This document shows positions 20,294 to 30,019 of a stretch of 64,000 nt of DNA, piece after piece. How positions within the stretch are numbered: position 1 is the first letter of the stretch; each line of letters starts with the position of its first letter. A model generated the notes under the pieces. The model was not told where the DNA came from, made no database searches, and saw nothing but the letters and a program-made list of their open reading frames with translations. A program made the position numbers and the translations under genes. The stretch lies in NCBI GenBank assembly GCA_046538485.1, contig JBKHIT010000007.1:32001-96000 (forward strand). Reading direction: 5' to 3'. The stretch is from Candidatus Brocadiia bacterium. GTDB lineage: Bacteria > Planctomycetota > Brocadiia > SM23-32.

Positions 20294-20331
20294 GGATTGC
20301 TTCGTTAATCTTGCGATGCACTCGCAATGAC
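20294..20331. repeat. GTCATTGCGAG-family palindromic repeat
   Basis: GGATTGCTTCG...CTCGCAATGAC. Confidence 0.6.
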
Positions 20332-20448
20332 CTATGAAGAGGCATTTCTGGGCTGAATGGGCAGGGTGAACGCAGTGAACTCGGGGAAACTCTGAGCCCC
20401 GACGGGGCTTTTCATAAGAGCCCAGATCGTAGTGGTCTGACAGACTAC

Positions 20449-20950
20449 GAAGGCCCGGGGATGTGATGTTGCCGGAAAGACGTGGGCTGAAGGTCCATCA
20501 TAAATCTGCCCCCAAAACACCGTATCGTGAGCGGACTGGACTTCAGAACCACTCCCGCGGGGCTGGAGTTCAGAACGCGGGCAGTTTCGTGCGAGTTGCC
20601 ATTTTCCAAATTCGTCCGCCTCAAGTCCCGCTTCCTCCGCCATGGCGCACTCAGCTGAACTCGAGTCTACACTCCACTGAGCAAGCTGGAGTTCAGAACG
20701 CAGTCCGGAAGCCTGCTGGTTTCGCGGCGACGGGCTGGCCCGGTGTTTGGTAAGCCCCGCAATTGGGGAGGCGAACGACAAACGGCAGGTCCGGCTCGGC
20801 GATCCAGACCTACAGCCCTCGGGCATTTTCGGTAACTCGCGACAGTTCTCAGCCTTTGAAGTCTTCCTGGAACATATTCCCGACCTCACGTATCCGCGAT
20901 GCCACGTACATGTAGGGCAACCGATTTCATTTTTCGAAGATGAAATCGGT
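20449..20950. repeat. Cluster of GTAG-initiated REP-like hairpins and composite repeat modules
   Basis: CGTAGT...ACTACG at ~20449-20469, GCTGGAGTTCAGAACGC twice, modules shared with 52125-52327, perfect 11-bp IR ACCGATTTCAT/ATGAAATCGGT at 20920-20950. Confidence 0.75.
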
Positions 20951-21134
20951 AGAGCACGAGAGAGTGGAGAGTGGAGAGGAGATACAGAAGCTTCCGCAAA
21001 ACAAAATGCTCAATAAAGCGCTCTCTCCTGCGGACTCCTTTCACGTCCAGAGAATCGTCGAGGGCGCCTTGCCGTTTTGCGGAAAAACAGGGGCAATGAG
21101 CGGCAAACGGTACCGTATTTCTGCAGCTGACCCC

Positions 21135-22199
21135 TTAGATTTCGACGAGGTCGTATTCCCGGCTGCCAAGTCCGATTTCCTGTCCGTGGATTAGCTGGGC
21201 CTCATAGTGGCTATCCGGCCAGAGAGCGGCGATTGCATCTTTGCCGGCGGTTTCGTTAATCAGGTCGGTGGAGGCCTGATCGATGGCGACGGGGTCGCGG
21301 GAGACGACGATACCGATATCGTCGCAGATCGGGTCCATCTTTTTTCCGGCGCAATTGCAGTCGTCTGTGATATTCCAGAGGTAGGTGATGAAGGCGACGG
21401 AATCCATTTTGTCTTTGAGGATGCCGTAGGCGGATTCGGCCATTTTTTCGTTGAAGTTTTCCGGGCTTTCACTCCAGGAGAACGAAACGGCGTCGGTAGG
21501 GCAGACGGCGAGACATTCACCACAGCCGATGCATTTGTCGTAATCAATCTCGGCGGTTTCGTCGACTTCTATTGCGTCGGTGGGGCACCATTCGGCGCAG
21601 GTCCCACAACCGATACAGTCTTCAGTTATCTCTGGTTTGCCGGATTCGTGTTGACGCAGTTTACCGGCCCGGGATGCCAGTCCCATGGCCACGTTTTTGA
21701 TGGCGCCTCCGAAACCGGCCAGGTCATGTCCGGTTGCGTGGCTTATAACGAGGGTAGCAGGGATCAGCGGGAAATCACCCGCAACGGCGACGGAGTCGAA
21801 GTGTTTGAGCCCAACCTCGACTTCGTGGTGAAAGCTACCTTTCAGCCCATCGACGAATATAAGGGGGCAACCGGTGGTCTCGGGCGCGAAGCCATGATTC
21901 AAGGCGGTTTGGAAATGATCAACGGCATTAGCCCTTTGCCCACGGTAAAGTGCGGAGGTTTCGATGAAGAAGGGTTTGGCGCCCAGATCTTTAGCGGAGT
22001 TAATTATCGGCTGGATGTATTTCGGCGGGATATAGTATTCGTTGCCCATCTCGCCGAAATGAGTTTTGAGAGCGACGAGTTGACCTTCGGCGCACAGCGA
22101 ATTCATACCGGATTCTTCAAAAAGTTGCCGCGTTTTTTCACAGATGGAATCGTCATCTTCGTCGTTTCCGAAGCGTGCGATGTATACTTTGCTTTTCAT
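21135..22199 (-). CDS. DUF362-family protein with a 2x[4Fe-4S] ferredoxin domain
   Basis: KTHFGE, SHATGH..AGFGGAIKN, CIGCGTCAEWCP and CIGCGECLAVCP, DPVAIDQA. Confidence 0.9.
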   Translation of the reverse strand: MKSKVYIARFGNDEDDDSICEKTRQLFEESGMNSLCAEGQLVALKTHFGEMGNEYYIPPKYIQPIINSAKDLGAKPFFIETSALYRGQRANAVDHFQTALNHGFAPETTGCPLIFVDGLKGSFHHEVEVGLKHFDSVAVAGDFPLIPATLVISHATGHDLAGFGGAIKNVAMGLASRAGKLRQHESGKPEITEDCIGCGTCAEWCPTDAIEVDETAEIDYDKCIGCGECLAVCPTDAVSFSWSESPENFNEKMAESAYGILKDKMDSVAFITYLWNITDDCNCAGKKMDPICDDIGIVVSRDPVAIDQASTDLINETAGKDAIAALWPDSHYEAQLIHGQEIGLGSREYDLVEI

Positions 22200-22345
22200 G
22201 TCATTCTCCGTGGCGCTTGTGCGAGTTGTGAGTAGATTTAGGTCAAATTCAGGTCAAAACTTGATTCGGGAGATAGCGGCCGGTTTGGCGCCGGGATGCT
22301 GCGAAGATGGTGCATGTACAGAACTTATTTACTGGGAGATTCCAG

Positions 22346-22732
22346 TTATCCGTCGGTTTGATCTTCAGTTTGGAGTGCATCGTCGACTGTCGGGAAGATA
22401 TCGATGAGTTTGTCCAGTTTAGTTAGTTCGAACAGGTCGGCGATCAGTGGCTGAGGATTAACGACTTTAACGTAGCCGTCTGTATCTTTGACGGTCCGAT
22501 AGACGCGCATTATTTGGCCCAGTGCCGAGGAGCCCATAAAACTTACATTGCTCAAATCGAAAATGACTTTGTTCTGATTGTTCTCAAAGATTTCGTCGAT
22601 TTTGCTACTGAGCGCGTCGGCGACGAGTTCATTCACGTGACCGGAGAGCTCGAAAACGAGGGTTTCTCCCTGTTTTTCGATGTAAATTTCAGAGGGTTCT
22701 TCATTTTCAAAGCGGGAGCGCATTGTTTTCAA
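22346..22732 (-). CDS. STAS-domain anti-sigma factor antagonist (RsbV/SpoIIAA-like)
   Basis: IFDLSNVSFMGSSALG, LFELTKLD. 4-nt overlap with the upstream gene. Confidence 0.92.
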   Translation of the reverse strand: MKTMRSRFENEEPSEIYIEKQGETLVFELSGHVNELVADALSSKIDEIFENNQNKVIFDLSNVSFMGSSALGQIMRVYRTVKDTDGYVKVVNPQPLIADLFELTKLDKLIDIFPTVDDALQTEDQTDG

Positions 22733-24144
22733 GACCCCGAATTTTTAGAGTGCCAGGGAGCGTATTTTGTCATGGTAACTTTATTGCCTTTTTCATTGTA
22801 TTCGACCGAATCCATGTACGCTTTCATGAGAGCGACGCCCCGGCCGTAGACGGAGTCGAGTTGTTTACCGTCGATGGGGTCCGGGATACTTCCCGGATCG
22901 AACCCTTCGCCTTCGTCAGCAACCGAAATGATCGTTTTGTTTTCATCAAGGATGAAATTGGTGCGTACTTTTTTTGTGCTATCAAGTTTGTTCCCGTGTT
23001 TGATGGCATTGATGATAGCTTCTTCGAGGGCGAGCTTTACTGCGAAGAGGTATCTCTCGCCATAACCTTTAGCGGAGAGCGCGGGGAGTATGACATCTTC
23101 CACCCGACTTACTTCCGAAGGAATACTCGGAATAGTAATTTGTTTTTCTTTTGCGCGGCGGTTAAGCAACTGCAGGGCAAAAATCAAGACGTCATCTTGC
23201 GGTTCTTCTGAAATTTGCTCACATATGTTGCTGACGAGCTTTTGCACGGGGAAATCGGCGTTTTTTTCGAGGAGGTTTTGCAGTTTGTGAATCGCTTCTT
23301 CTCGTGCTCTGCTTTCGAACATATCCAGAGCACCATCCGTGTAGAAAAAAAGCTTGTCATTTTTTTTGAGCTGGATGTTTTTTTCTTCGTATTGTGGATC
23401 CTCGAACATTCCCACAAAAAGGCCTTCGCTATCAAGGGATTCTACGATTCCGTCGCGTATGAGATAGGGGGGACAATGAGAAGCATTGACGTATCTGAAG
23501 GTAAGCATCTCGGTATCGATGAGGCCAAGAAACGCCGTGAGATGGTGGCCGGCAAGGGTGGAGTCAAGGAGGGCTTTATTCCCCTTTTCCATGATGAGTT
23601 TGGGGCTTGACTCTGTGGTGGCGAACGTTCGGAAAGCCATTCGTGCTGTTGCCATAATGACGGCTGCGGGCAGCCCATGGCCGCTTACGTCTCCGATCAT
23701 AAGCCCCATCGTTGCGTCAGAAATCTGGATAACGTCATAGAAATCTCCCCCAACGCGTTCGCCGCTGCGGCATTCGGAAGCGAATTCGACACCTTCAAAA
23801 TCAGAAAGCCAGAGAGGTCGCATACTTTGCTGGAGTTTCCGGGCGACGGCATTATCCCGCTCCAAAATCATACTCTGACGTTCAAGTTGTTTGGTGAGAG
23901 ATTGCTCATCGTTTTCTTCGCCTTGCCCTTCGGCTTTTGAAGTGCGCAGTTTGAGCTGTTTCCGCAGGTGTTCGACTGTTCGGTGAGCGTCTTGCAGCTC
24001 TTCGTTTAGTTTGTGAACGCATTCTTGAAGAGCCCGGGCTTGAGCTGCCAGCATATCTTTCGACTGCTGGCCTTTGTCTGGGTTTTCAGGACTTGCCATG
24101 CGGAAAAGCGTCCTTTTAAGGAAATCTGTTTGTTTTCCGAGCAC
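22729..24144 (-). CDS. SpoIIE/PP2C phosphatase fused to an RsbW-like HATPase kinase
   Basis: VGGDFYD, GDVSGHG, FYTDG, DDV, then LALEEAIINAIKHGN, DEGEGFD, GRGVALM. Start 24144 or 24099. Confidence 0.92.
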   Translation of the reverse strand: MLGKQTDFLKRTLFRMASPENPDKGQQSKDMLAAQARALQECVHKLNEELQDAHRTVEHLRKQLKLRTSKAEGQGEENDEQSLTKQLERQSMILERDNAVARKLQQSMRPLWLSDFEGVEFASECRSGERVGGDFYDVIQISDATMGLMIGDVSGHGLPAAVIMATARMAFRTFATTESSPKLIMEKGNKALLDSTLAGHHLTAFLGLIDTEMLTFRYVNASHCPPYLIRDGIVESLDSEGLFVGMFEDPQYEEKNIQLKKNDKLFFYTDGALDMFESRAREEAIHKLQNLLEKNADFPVQKLVSNICEQISEEPQDDVLIFALQLLNRRAKEKQITIPSIPSEVSRVEDVILPALSAKGYGERYLFAVKLALEEAIINAIKHGNKLDSTKKVRTNFILDENKTIISVADEGEGFDPGSIPDPIDGKQLDSVYGRGVALMKAYMDSVEYNEKGNKVTMTKYAPWHSKNSGS

Positions 24145-24203
24145 CTATAACAACGACTTTATCCATAGACGTGCGGGTCGACAAGAAATATGGTCTAAAT
24201 GCA

Positions 24204-24234
24204 AGAAGGGAGCCGCTGCTCGCGGCTCCCTTCT
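24204..24234 (-). terminator. Stem-loop, probable terminator
   Basis: 13-bp perfect IR AGAAGGGAGCCGC/GCGGCTCCCTTCT downstream of the 24306 gene. U-tract is weak. Confidence 0.55.
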
Positions 24235-24305
24235 GGATCTGAATTACTTGCGTTTTCCGGCACAAAACCTGCCCGGTCGCTGCACCGGCGCTCCAATAGC
24301 AGGCC

Positions 24306-25604
24306 TTAGTCTTCGTTCTCTTCTTCCTCTTGAGCCTGATATTCATCACAGGAATTTTGATGTATATGGAGCCCACGAGCCGTGGGGAAGGTTCTGCCGC
24401 AAACGCACCTGAATTCTTCTTCTTCTTCTTCTTCCTCCTCCTCCTCCTCCTCTTCGACTTCAGTTTCCTCTTGTTCAGCTTCTTCTGCCCCTGCTGTTGC
24501 TTCAGGAGTTTCTTCTGTAAACTCTTCACCAACCTCAAACTCTTCTTCTTCGGGTTCTTCCTCGTAGACTTCATCGACATCGATTCGGTCTACATGTTTC
24601 CGGAGAAGGAAGCAGACTATGGTGCTCGAAGTGAAGAAGTAGGAAAAAGCATAGGCGGGCACCAGCCCGCGGACACCGAGCGCGATGATCTGAAGCAGCA
24701 TCGATGCCACTTTCATACCGGCACTGGTTCCTTCTGGTACTATGTTTTGGAAATCCAGAATTTCTCTGCCAACAAGACCAATGCTTATTGTTTGGCTCAT
24801 TATGTGAACGAAAAGTTCTGCCGCGAGAAACGCTACGAGAGTCGTGACCAGTCCGCCCACCAGGACGACGAAGTAGTACCCCACGAAACGGTTGAATCCC
24901 CAGAGCAGATAACTGTACGCGCTGCTCCAGCCTTCAAAGGCATCTTTACCGCCTATGCTAACAGCGGGAAACATAAGTCCAAATGTTGCGACGCCAAGAA
25001 CAATAATGAAGGTCAATATTAGGGTGGAAGGTAGCACGCCAAACGGCAGGAGAATTGCGAGGGCCCACGGGCCTACAAATGGTATAGAACCGATAAGCCC
25101 TGCGATCATGTTACAGAACGCGAAGATCATAATTCCGAACAAGGGGGTGACAGGGGCGAAATAATATGCCTTTCTTTTTGAGCGGATCATTTCCAGAGCA
25201 TCGTGGAGCGTGGGGATATCGTCGCGGGCATACTGGAGCGATGTCAGGCGTGTGATTGCCCCCCCGCAAACGGACCATACGCCCATCAAAAGCAGATAAA
25301 ACAAAAGGGAAAAAGCAAAATGCTGCCAACCTGCAGCGAAAGGGTTCAGCAGGGGCAAAACAGCCATAAGAACACTTTTGCTGTCGCCTTCCATGAATCG
25401 GAAAAGCATATTTTCAGGACCTCTGAAATTGCCCATTTGGGCCAACGCAGACGCGGGAGCTTTGCCAAAATGGACCATGGCAAATACGGCGATCAGTGCT
25501 ACAGTCGCAAGGGTCGCCACGAAGCCCAGCCACAATTTTTTCGCGTCAACGGCCAGCGAGTGCGCTGACAGCAAATCTCTCCAATCACCTTTACGCTCTC
25601 TCAT
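24306..25604 (-). CDS. Multi-pass membrane protein with a poly-Glu tail and a terminal zinc-finger-like motif
   Basis: Several TM segments, a 14-Glu run, FRCVCGRTFPTARGLHIHQNSC. Confidence 0.85.
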   Translation of the reverse strand: MRERKGDWRDLLSAHSLAVDAKKLWLGFVATLATVALIAVFAMVHFGKAPASALAQMGNFRGPENMLFRFMEGDSKSVLMAVLPLLNPFAAGWQHFAFSLLFYLLLMGVWSVCGGAITRLTSLQYARDDIPTLHDALEMIRSKRKAYYFAPVTPLFGIMIFAFCNMIAGLIGSIPFVGPWALAILLPFGVLPSTLILTFIIVLGVATFGLMFPAVSIGGKDAFEGWSSAYSYLLWGFNRFVGYYFVVLVGGLVTTLVAFLAAELFVHIMSQTISIGLVGREILDFQNIVPEGTSAGMKVASMLLQIIALGVRGLVPAYAFSYFFTSSTIVCFLLRKHVDRIDVDEVYEEEPEEEEFEVGEEFTEETPEATAGAEEAEQEETEVEEEEEEEEEEEEEEFRCVCGRTFPTARGLHIHQNSCDEYQAQEEEENED

Positions 25605-25720
25605 TGTTTTGCTCCCTATCGGTGTAATTCTGCGTGCAGGGGACCATCATCAGTGTGGGGAGAAGGGTACACACACGATACATGGTTTGTCAACCGCAAA
25701 ATGATCCCCGTTATTCCTTT

Positions 25721-25936
25721 TTAACTTTCCGATTCCTCGGGCAAATCGCCGCGTTCGATGCGTTCGTTGACACATTCCTCAATACGATGTTCCTCTTCAA
25801 ACCACTTGTCCAAGTCCATAAGTTTACATCGTTTTCCGCAAAAAGGAAAGTAAGGATTCTCATCCAACCCTGTATAAGTTACTTTTTTCCCGCAGGTGGG
25901 ACACTTCACAACAGGCGAATTGTCCGATTCTGTCAT
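25721..25936 (-). CDS. yacG: DNA gyrase inhibitor YacG
   Basis: VKCPTCGK...PFCGKRCKLMDLDKW. Confidence 0.9.
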   Translation of the reverse strand: MTESDNSPVVKCPTCGKKVTYTGLDENPYFPFCGKRCKLMDLDKWFEEEHRIEECVNERIERGDLPEESES

Positions 25937-25980
25937 TTCTGGATGCTGTCCCGTGGGACTTATCGGTTTCAAGAAAAATG

Positions 25981-26610
25981 CTATTGCTCGTCCGGAGGTG
26001 CGACTGAGACTGCGACCTGGGCGGGTCTCAGCAATTCACCATCGAGCAGGAAACCTTTCTGGATTTCCTCAACAATCGTATTCGGTTCGACTTCGTTGGT
26101 CGGCTGCTGATAGACCGCTTCATGATAGCTCGGATCAAAAGGTTGTCCAATCACCTCCATCGGCTTTATGCCTAAATCTTCCAGAATATTGTAGAATTCA
26201 TTTTCCGTCATAGCAAGTCCTTCGCTAATGCTTTCCGCCCCTTCGGTTTCCCGGGCAACTTCTCGGGCGCGTACGAGGCTATCAATAAAGGGGACAACTT
26301 TCCGAGCCAGTTCACGCAGTGCGTCACGGCGTGCGGAGCGGCGGGTCTTTTTAATCCGTTCCTGTAGATTCATCTTGTCGGCTACCGCTCGCCTGAGCCG
26401 ATCAAGATATTCATCTCGTTCTTCAGCCAGAGTCTTGAGTTCTTCATATTCGGTAAATCGTATAGTGACGTTTTTATTTTGCGGCTCCTCATTATTCTCC
26501 TGGGATTCACCTGTTTCGGTTTCGGCAGAGTCTTGCGGAGTTGCTTCGGCTTTCTGTGAATCGATGTCCTCCGCTGAACCGCCTTTCTGGTTTTGTTTTT
26601 CGGTTGTCAT
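25981..26610 (-). CDS. grpE: Nucleotide exchange factor GrpE
   Basis: FDPSYHEA, QKGFLL...LLRPAQVAV. Confidence 0.95.
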   Translation of the reverse strand: MTTEKQNQKGGSAEDIDSQKAEATPQDSAETETGESQENNEEPQNKNVTIRFTEYEELKTLAEERDEYLDRLRRAVADKMNLQERIKKTRRSARRDALRELARKVVPFIDSLVRAREVARETEGAESISEGLAMTENEFYNILEDLGIKPMEVIGQPFDPSYHEAVYQQPTNEVEPNTIVEEIQKGFLLDGELLRPAQVAVSVAPPDEQ

Positions 26611-26643
26611 TTTGTTTCCCTTTTGCCATTGCAGAGAGATAAT

Positions 26644-27798
26644 TTATTGCTGTTCTTCGTCTTTTTCACCATGGGATCGCTGGTACACGTACTCTTTTAT
26701 TTTTTGCAGAAATCCTTTTCGTTTTTCGGAAACGTGGCTTCCTTCGATTTCTGCGAGTTCTCGTAGGAGTTCTTCCTGGCGGTCGGTGAGTTTTTGGGGC
26801 ACTTCCACGCTGACATTTATAAGCAGGTCTCCCCGCGCTGAGTTTTGGGGGTAAGGTAGCCCGGCTTTCGATATCCGTAGAAGGTCGCCCCCCTGGGTAG
26901 AACGGGGGATTTCAATTTCGCGCATCTCTCCGCCCAAAATAGGCACCTGTGCTTTTCCTCCGAGAGCGGCCAGGGAGTAACTCACAGGCAGTTCGCAGAT
27001 CAAGTCAGCACCGCGTCGATTAAAGATGGAATGTTCGCGAACGGTTATGTCACAGAACAGGTCACCGCGTCCTCCGGGACCCGGTTCGCCTTCCCCGCGG
27101 ACCCTTATACGCGTGCCGGATTCTATTCCTGCGGGGACCGTTATTTCGACGTCACATTCTTTTTCAATCAAGCCTTCCCCGCCACATTTACTGCAGGGGT
27201 TTTTGCATATAGTTCCGCTTCCGTGACATTTGGGACATGTTGTTCGCATTGAAAAGAAGCCCTGGCGGTTCTCAACCTGTCCGTGACCGCGGCAATAGGA
27301 ACATGTCGTAGGCTCTGTTCCGGGGGTGCAGCCGTTGCCTTCACAGTGGTCACAGATTTCCCGACGACGCAGAGTGACTGTTTTGGTAACGCCTTCGCTC
27401 ACTTCTTCCAGGCTCATATTGAGGGCAACACGCAGGTTGCGTCCTCGTTTTTCCCGACGTTGTCCCCGCCGGCCTCCGCTGAAAAACTCATCGAACAGGC
27501 CGCTCCCCCCGAAAATGTCACTGAACGCGCTGAAAATATCGTCGAACGATCCAAAATCACGCCGCCCCGTATTGCGGAGACCTGCCTCGCCGTATTGATC
27601 GTAGAGACGCCGTTTTTGCTCATCGCCCAAAACTTCATAAGCTCGAGCCGCCTCTTTGAACTTTTCAGCTGCTTCAGGATCATCCGGATTGCGGTCAGGA
27701 TGGTATTCAAGAGCAAGTTTGCGATAGGCGCGCTTTATCTCCTTCTGGGAGGCTTTCCGCTTGACCCCGAGGATGTCATAATAGTCTTTTTCTGGCAT
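26644..27798 (-). CDS. dnaJ: Chaperone DnaJ
   Basis: [13 protein letters not shown] region, four CxxCxGxG repeats. Confidence 0.97.
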   Translation of the reverse strand: MPEKDYYDILGVKRKASQKEIKRAYRKLALEYHPDRNPDDPEAAEKFKEAARAYEVLGDEQKRRLYDQYGEAGLRNTGRRDFGSFDDIFSAFSDIFGGSGLFDEFFSGGRRGQRREKRGRNLRVALNMSLEEVSEGVTKTVTLRRREICDHCEGNGCTPGTEPTTCSYCRGHGQVENRQGFFSMRTTCPKCHGSGTICKNPCSKCGGEGLIEKECDVEITVPAGIESGTRIRVRGEGEPGPGGRGDLFCDITVREHSIFNRRGADLICELPVSYSLAALGGKAQVPILGGEMREIEIPRSTQGGDLLRISKAGLPYPQNSARGDLLINVSVEVPQKLTDRQEELLRELAEIEGSHVSEKRKGFLQKIKEYVYQRSHGEKDEEQQ

Positions 27799-27847
27799 AT
27801 CGCACTTCGCCAATTGGAATCAGCTACGGCTATGTGTGCTTGTATGT

Positions 27848-27880
27848 CAAAGAGGGCTGCCATGAAGACAGCCCTCTTTG
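27848..27880 (-). terminator. Stem-loop between groEL and dnaJ
   Basis: 12-bp perfect IR CAAAGAGGGCTG/CAGCCCTCTTTG. Confidence 0.6.
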
Positions 27881-27944
27881 TATTCAGTTATTCTTCAACC
27901 TGACAATCTCCCCATGCATATTGGATTGGGGGAATGCAGGACGA

Positions 27945-29561
27945 TCATTTCACGCTGCCTTCCACGTTTTGTTCCTCATCCTCGTCGACATCGGTCACCA
28001 TCGTTTCGGTGGTAAGCATGAGGCCGGCAACGCTTGCCGCGCTCTGAAGCGCAATTCTTACGACCTTTGTGGGGTCGATGATCCCGGCTTCGAACATATC
28101 GACGTATTCGCCGGTATTTGCATCGAAACCGGTTTTCTTGTCGCGGTTGAGTATTTCAGTGATCACAACGGCACCGTTATGTCCGGTATTTGCCGCGATC
28201 GTGGTGCTCGGGGCGTCGAGCGCTCGTGCGATGATGTCAGCGCCCATTTTTTCATCTCCCCGCTGGCGGTCACGGCGTTTCATCACGGCGTCTTTGCATC
28301 GTAGAAGGGCGCAACCTCCGCCCACAACGATGCCTTCTGCGGCGGCCGCTCGCGTTGCGTGAAGGGCGTCTTCTACCCGCGCCTTTTTCTCGTTCATCTC
28401 GGCTTCCGTCGCGGCACCGACGTTAACCACGGCCACTCCGCCACTGAGCCGGGCAAGACGTTCCTCGAGTTTTTCACGATCGTAGTCGCTTGTTGTTTCG
28501 TCGATCTGACGTCGGATCTGGTCGATCCGCGCCTTGACATCTTTTTTGTTCCCTGCGCCGCCTACAATCGTGGTGTCGTCCTGGTTGATGGTGATACGTT
28601 CGGCTTTGCCCAGATCATCGAGCTGGACCTTTTCAAGGTCGATACCTATATCCTCGCTGATGAAGCGTCCGCCGGTGAGGACCGCCAGGTCGCCGAGCAT
28701 GGCTTTTCTTCGATCGCCGAACCCCGGTGCTTTGACGGCGCAACACTGGATGGTTCCGCGGAGTTTATTCACGACGAGTGCGGCAAGAGCTTCACCTTCA
28801 ACGTCTTCGGCAATAATCAACAGCGGTTTTCCGGCGGTGGCAACGCTTTCAAGAATCGGTACCATGTCGGCGACGTTGCTGATTTTCTTTTCGTGTATGA
28901 GAATATAAGCCTCTTCAAGTTCGACTTCCATCTCCGCCGAATTGGTCACAAAGTACGGTGAGAGGTAACCTTTATCGAACTGCATTCCTTCAACGAAATC
29001 CAGTTCGGTCTGGGTCGATCGCCCTTCCTCGACTGTGATAACGCCATCTTTGCCGACTTTATCGACGGCATCGGCGAGCAGTTCTCCGATGGTCGGGTCG
29101 TTATTGGCACTGATGGTACCAACCTGGGCGATTTCTTCCTTGCTTTTGACCTGTTTACTTTGATCCTGTAGTTCTTTAACGACGGCGTCAGCAGCGTCGT
29201 CAATTCCTCGTTTCACGGCCATAGGATTTGCGCCGGCTGCGACTGCTTTCAATCCTTCACGGTAAATGAGTTCTGCCAGAACGGTTGCAGTAGTAGTTCC
29301 GTCTCCAGCCTCGTCGCTGGTGCGGGTCGCTACTTCGTTCACCATTTTGGCGCCCATGTTCTCGAATTTGCCTTCCAGCTCTATCTCTTTGGAGACGGTG
29401 ACACCGTCTTTGGTGACATTGGGGCTTCCGTAACTTTTCTGCAGGATGACGTTGCGGCCCGTTGGACCCATCGTAACTCGCACGGCATCGGCGAGTTTTT
29501 GGATCCCGTTTAGCATTTGTTTACGGGCATCGTCGCTGTAAATTAATTGTTTGGCCGCCAT
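27945..29561 (-). CDS. groEL: Chaperonin GroEL (acidic tail, no GGM repeats)
   Basis: [33 protein letters not shown]. Confidence 0.98.
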   Translation of the reverse strand: MAAKQLIYSDDARKQMLNGIQKLADAVRVTMGPTGRNVILQKSYGSPNVTKDGVTVSKEIELEGKFENMGAKMVNEVATRTSDEAGDGTTTATVLAELIYREGLKAVAAGANPMAVKRGIDDAADAVVKELQDQSKQVKSKEEIAQVGTISANNDPTIGELLADAVDKVGKDGVITVEEGRSTQTELDFVEGMQFDKGYLSPYFVTNSAEMEVELEEAYILIHEKKISNVADMVPILESVATAGKPLLIIAEDVEGEALAALVVNKLRGTIQCCAVKAPGFGDRRKAMLGDLAVLTGGRFISEDIGIDLEKVQLDDLGKAERITINQDDTTIVGGAGNKKDVKARIDQIRRQIDETTSDYDREKLEERLARLSGGVAVVNVGAATEAEMNEKKARVEDALHATRAAAAEGIVVGGGCALLRCKDAVMKRRDRQRGDEKMGADIIARALDAPSTTIAANTGHNGAVVITEILNRDKKTGFDANTGEYVDMFEAGIIDPTKVVRIALQSAASVAGLMLTTETMVTDVDEDEEQNVEGSVK

Positions 29562-29620
29562 ATTCTTTTTTTACCTCCTGAAGGCGATAGGTATGATGTT
29601 GCCAAATTTTCTAAGGGAAT

Positions 29621-29929
29621 TTATTCTTCCAGGATAGCGAGCAAGTCTGTTTCGCTCATGATTTTGACGTCTTTCTCACCAACCTGTACATCGGTTCCGC
29701 TGAACTTTCCAAAGATCACGACATCTCCAACCGAAACGTTCAATCCGGCCCGTTCTCCGTCCTCGAGCAGTTGTCCCGGTCCGGCAGCGATAATCTTGCC
29801 CTTTTGCGATTTTTCCTTTGCCGAATCGGGAAGGAATATTCCTCCAGCTGTTTTGTCTTCGCTCTCAATCGGTTCCACAACCACTCGATCGTCCAGGGGC
29901 CTGATCTGAATGTCTTGCTTTTTAGCCAT
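29621..29929 (-). CDS. groES: Co-chaperonin GroES
   Basis: IRPLDDRVVV, TAGGIFLPDSAKEK. Confidence 0.98.
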   Translation of the reverse strand: MAKKQDIQIRPLDDRVVVEPIESEDKTAGGIFLPDSAKEKSQKGKIIAAGPGQLLEDGERAGLNVSVGDVVIFGKFSGTDVQVGEKDVKIMSETDLLAILEE

Positions 29930-29977
29930 TTGTTTTAAAGACCTCCGTCAGGAAATATTTTTTAAGATGATTTGGAG

Positions 29978-29997
29978 GGCCGGGCTTCGGCCCGGCC
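29978..29997 (-). terminator. GC-rich tetraloop hairpin between the first groEL and groES
   Basis: GGCCGGGC-TTCG-GCCCGGCC. There is no U-tract on the coding strand, so it may be an mRNA stabiliser instead. Confidence 0.4.
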
Positions 29998-30019
29998 TTT
30001 GGGTGATTTGGCATTACCT

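Noticed and set aside
20449..20950. Possible CRISPR array
   Set aside because: Repeats are irregularly spaced and of different types, and there are no cas genes.
20332..21194. Short ORFs in the 20.3-21.2 kb and 52.0-52.4 kb gaps sharing peptides such as RSELQP and AGVQNA
   Set aside because: The similarity comes from the DNA repeat modules. No transposase motifs.
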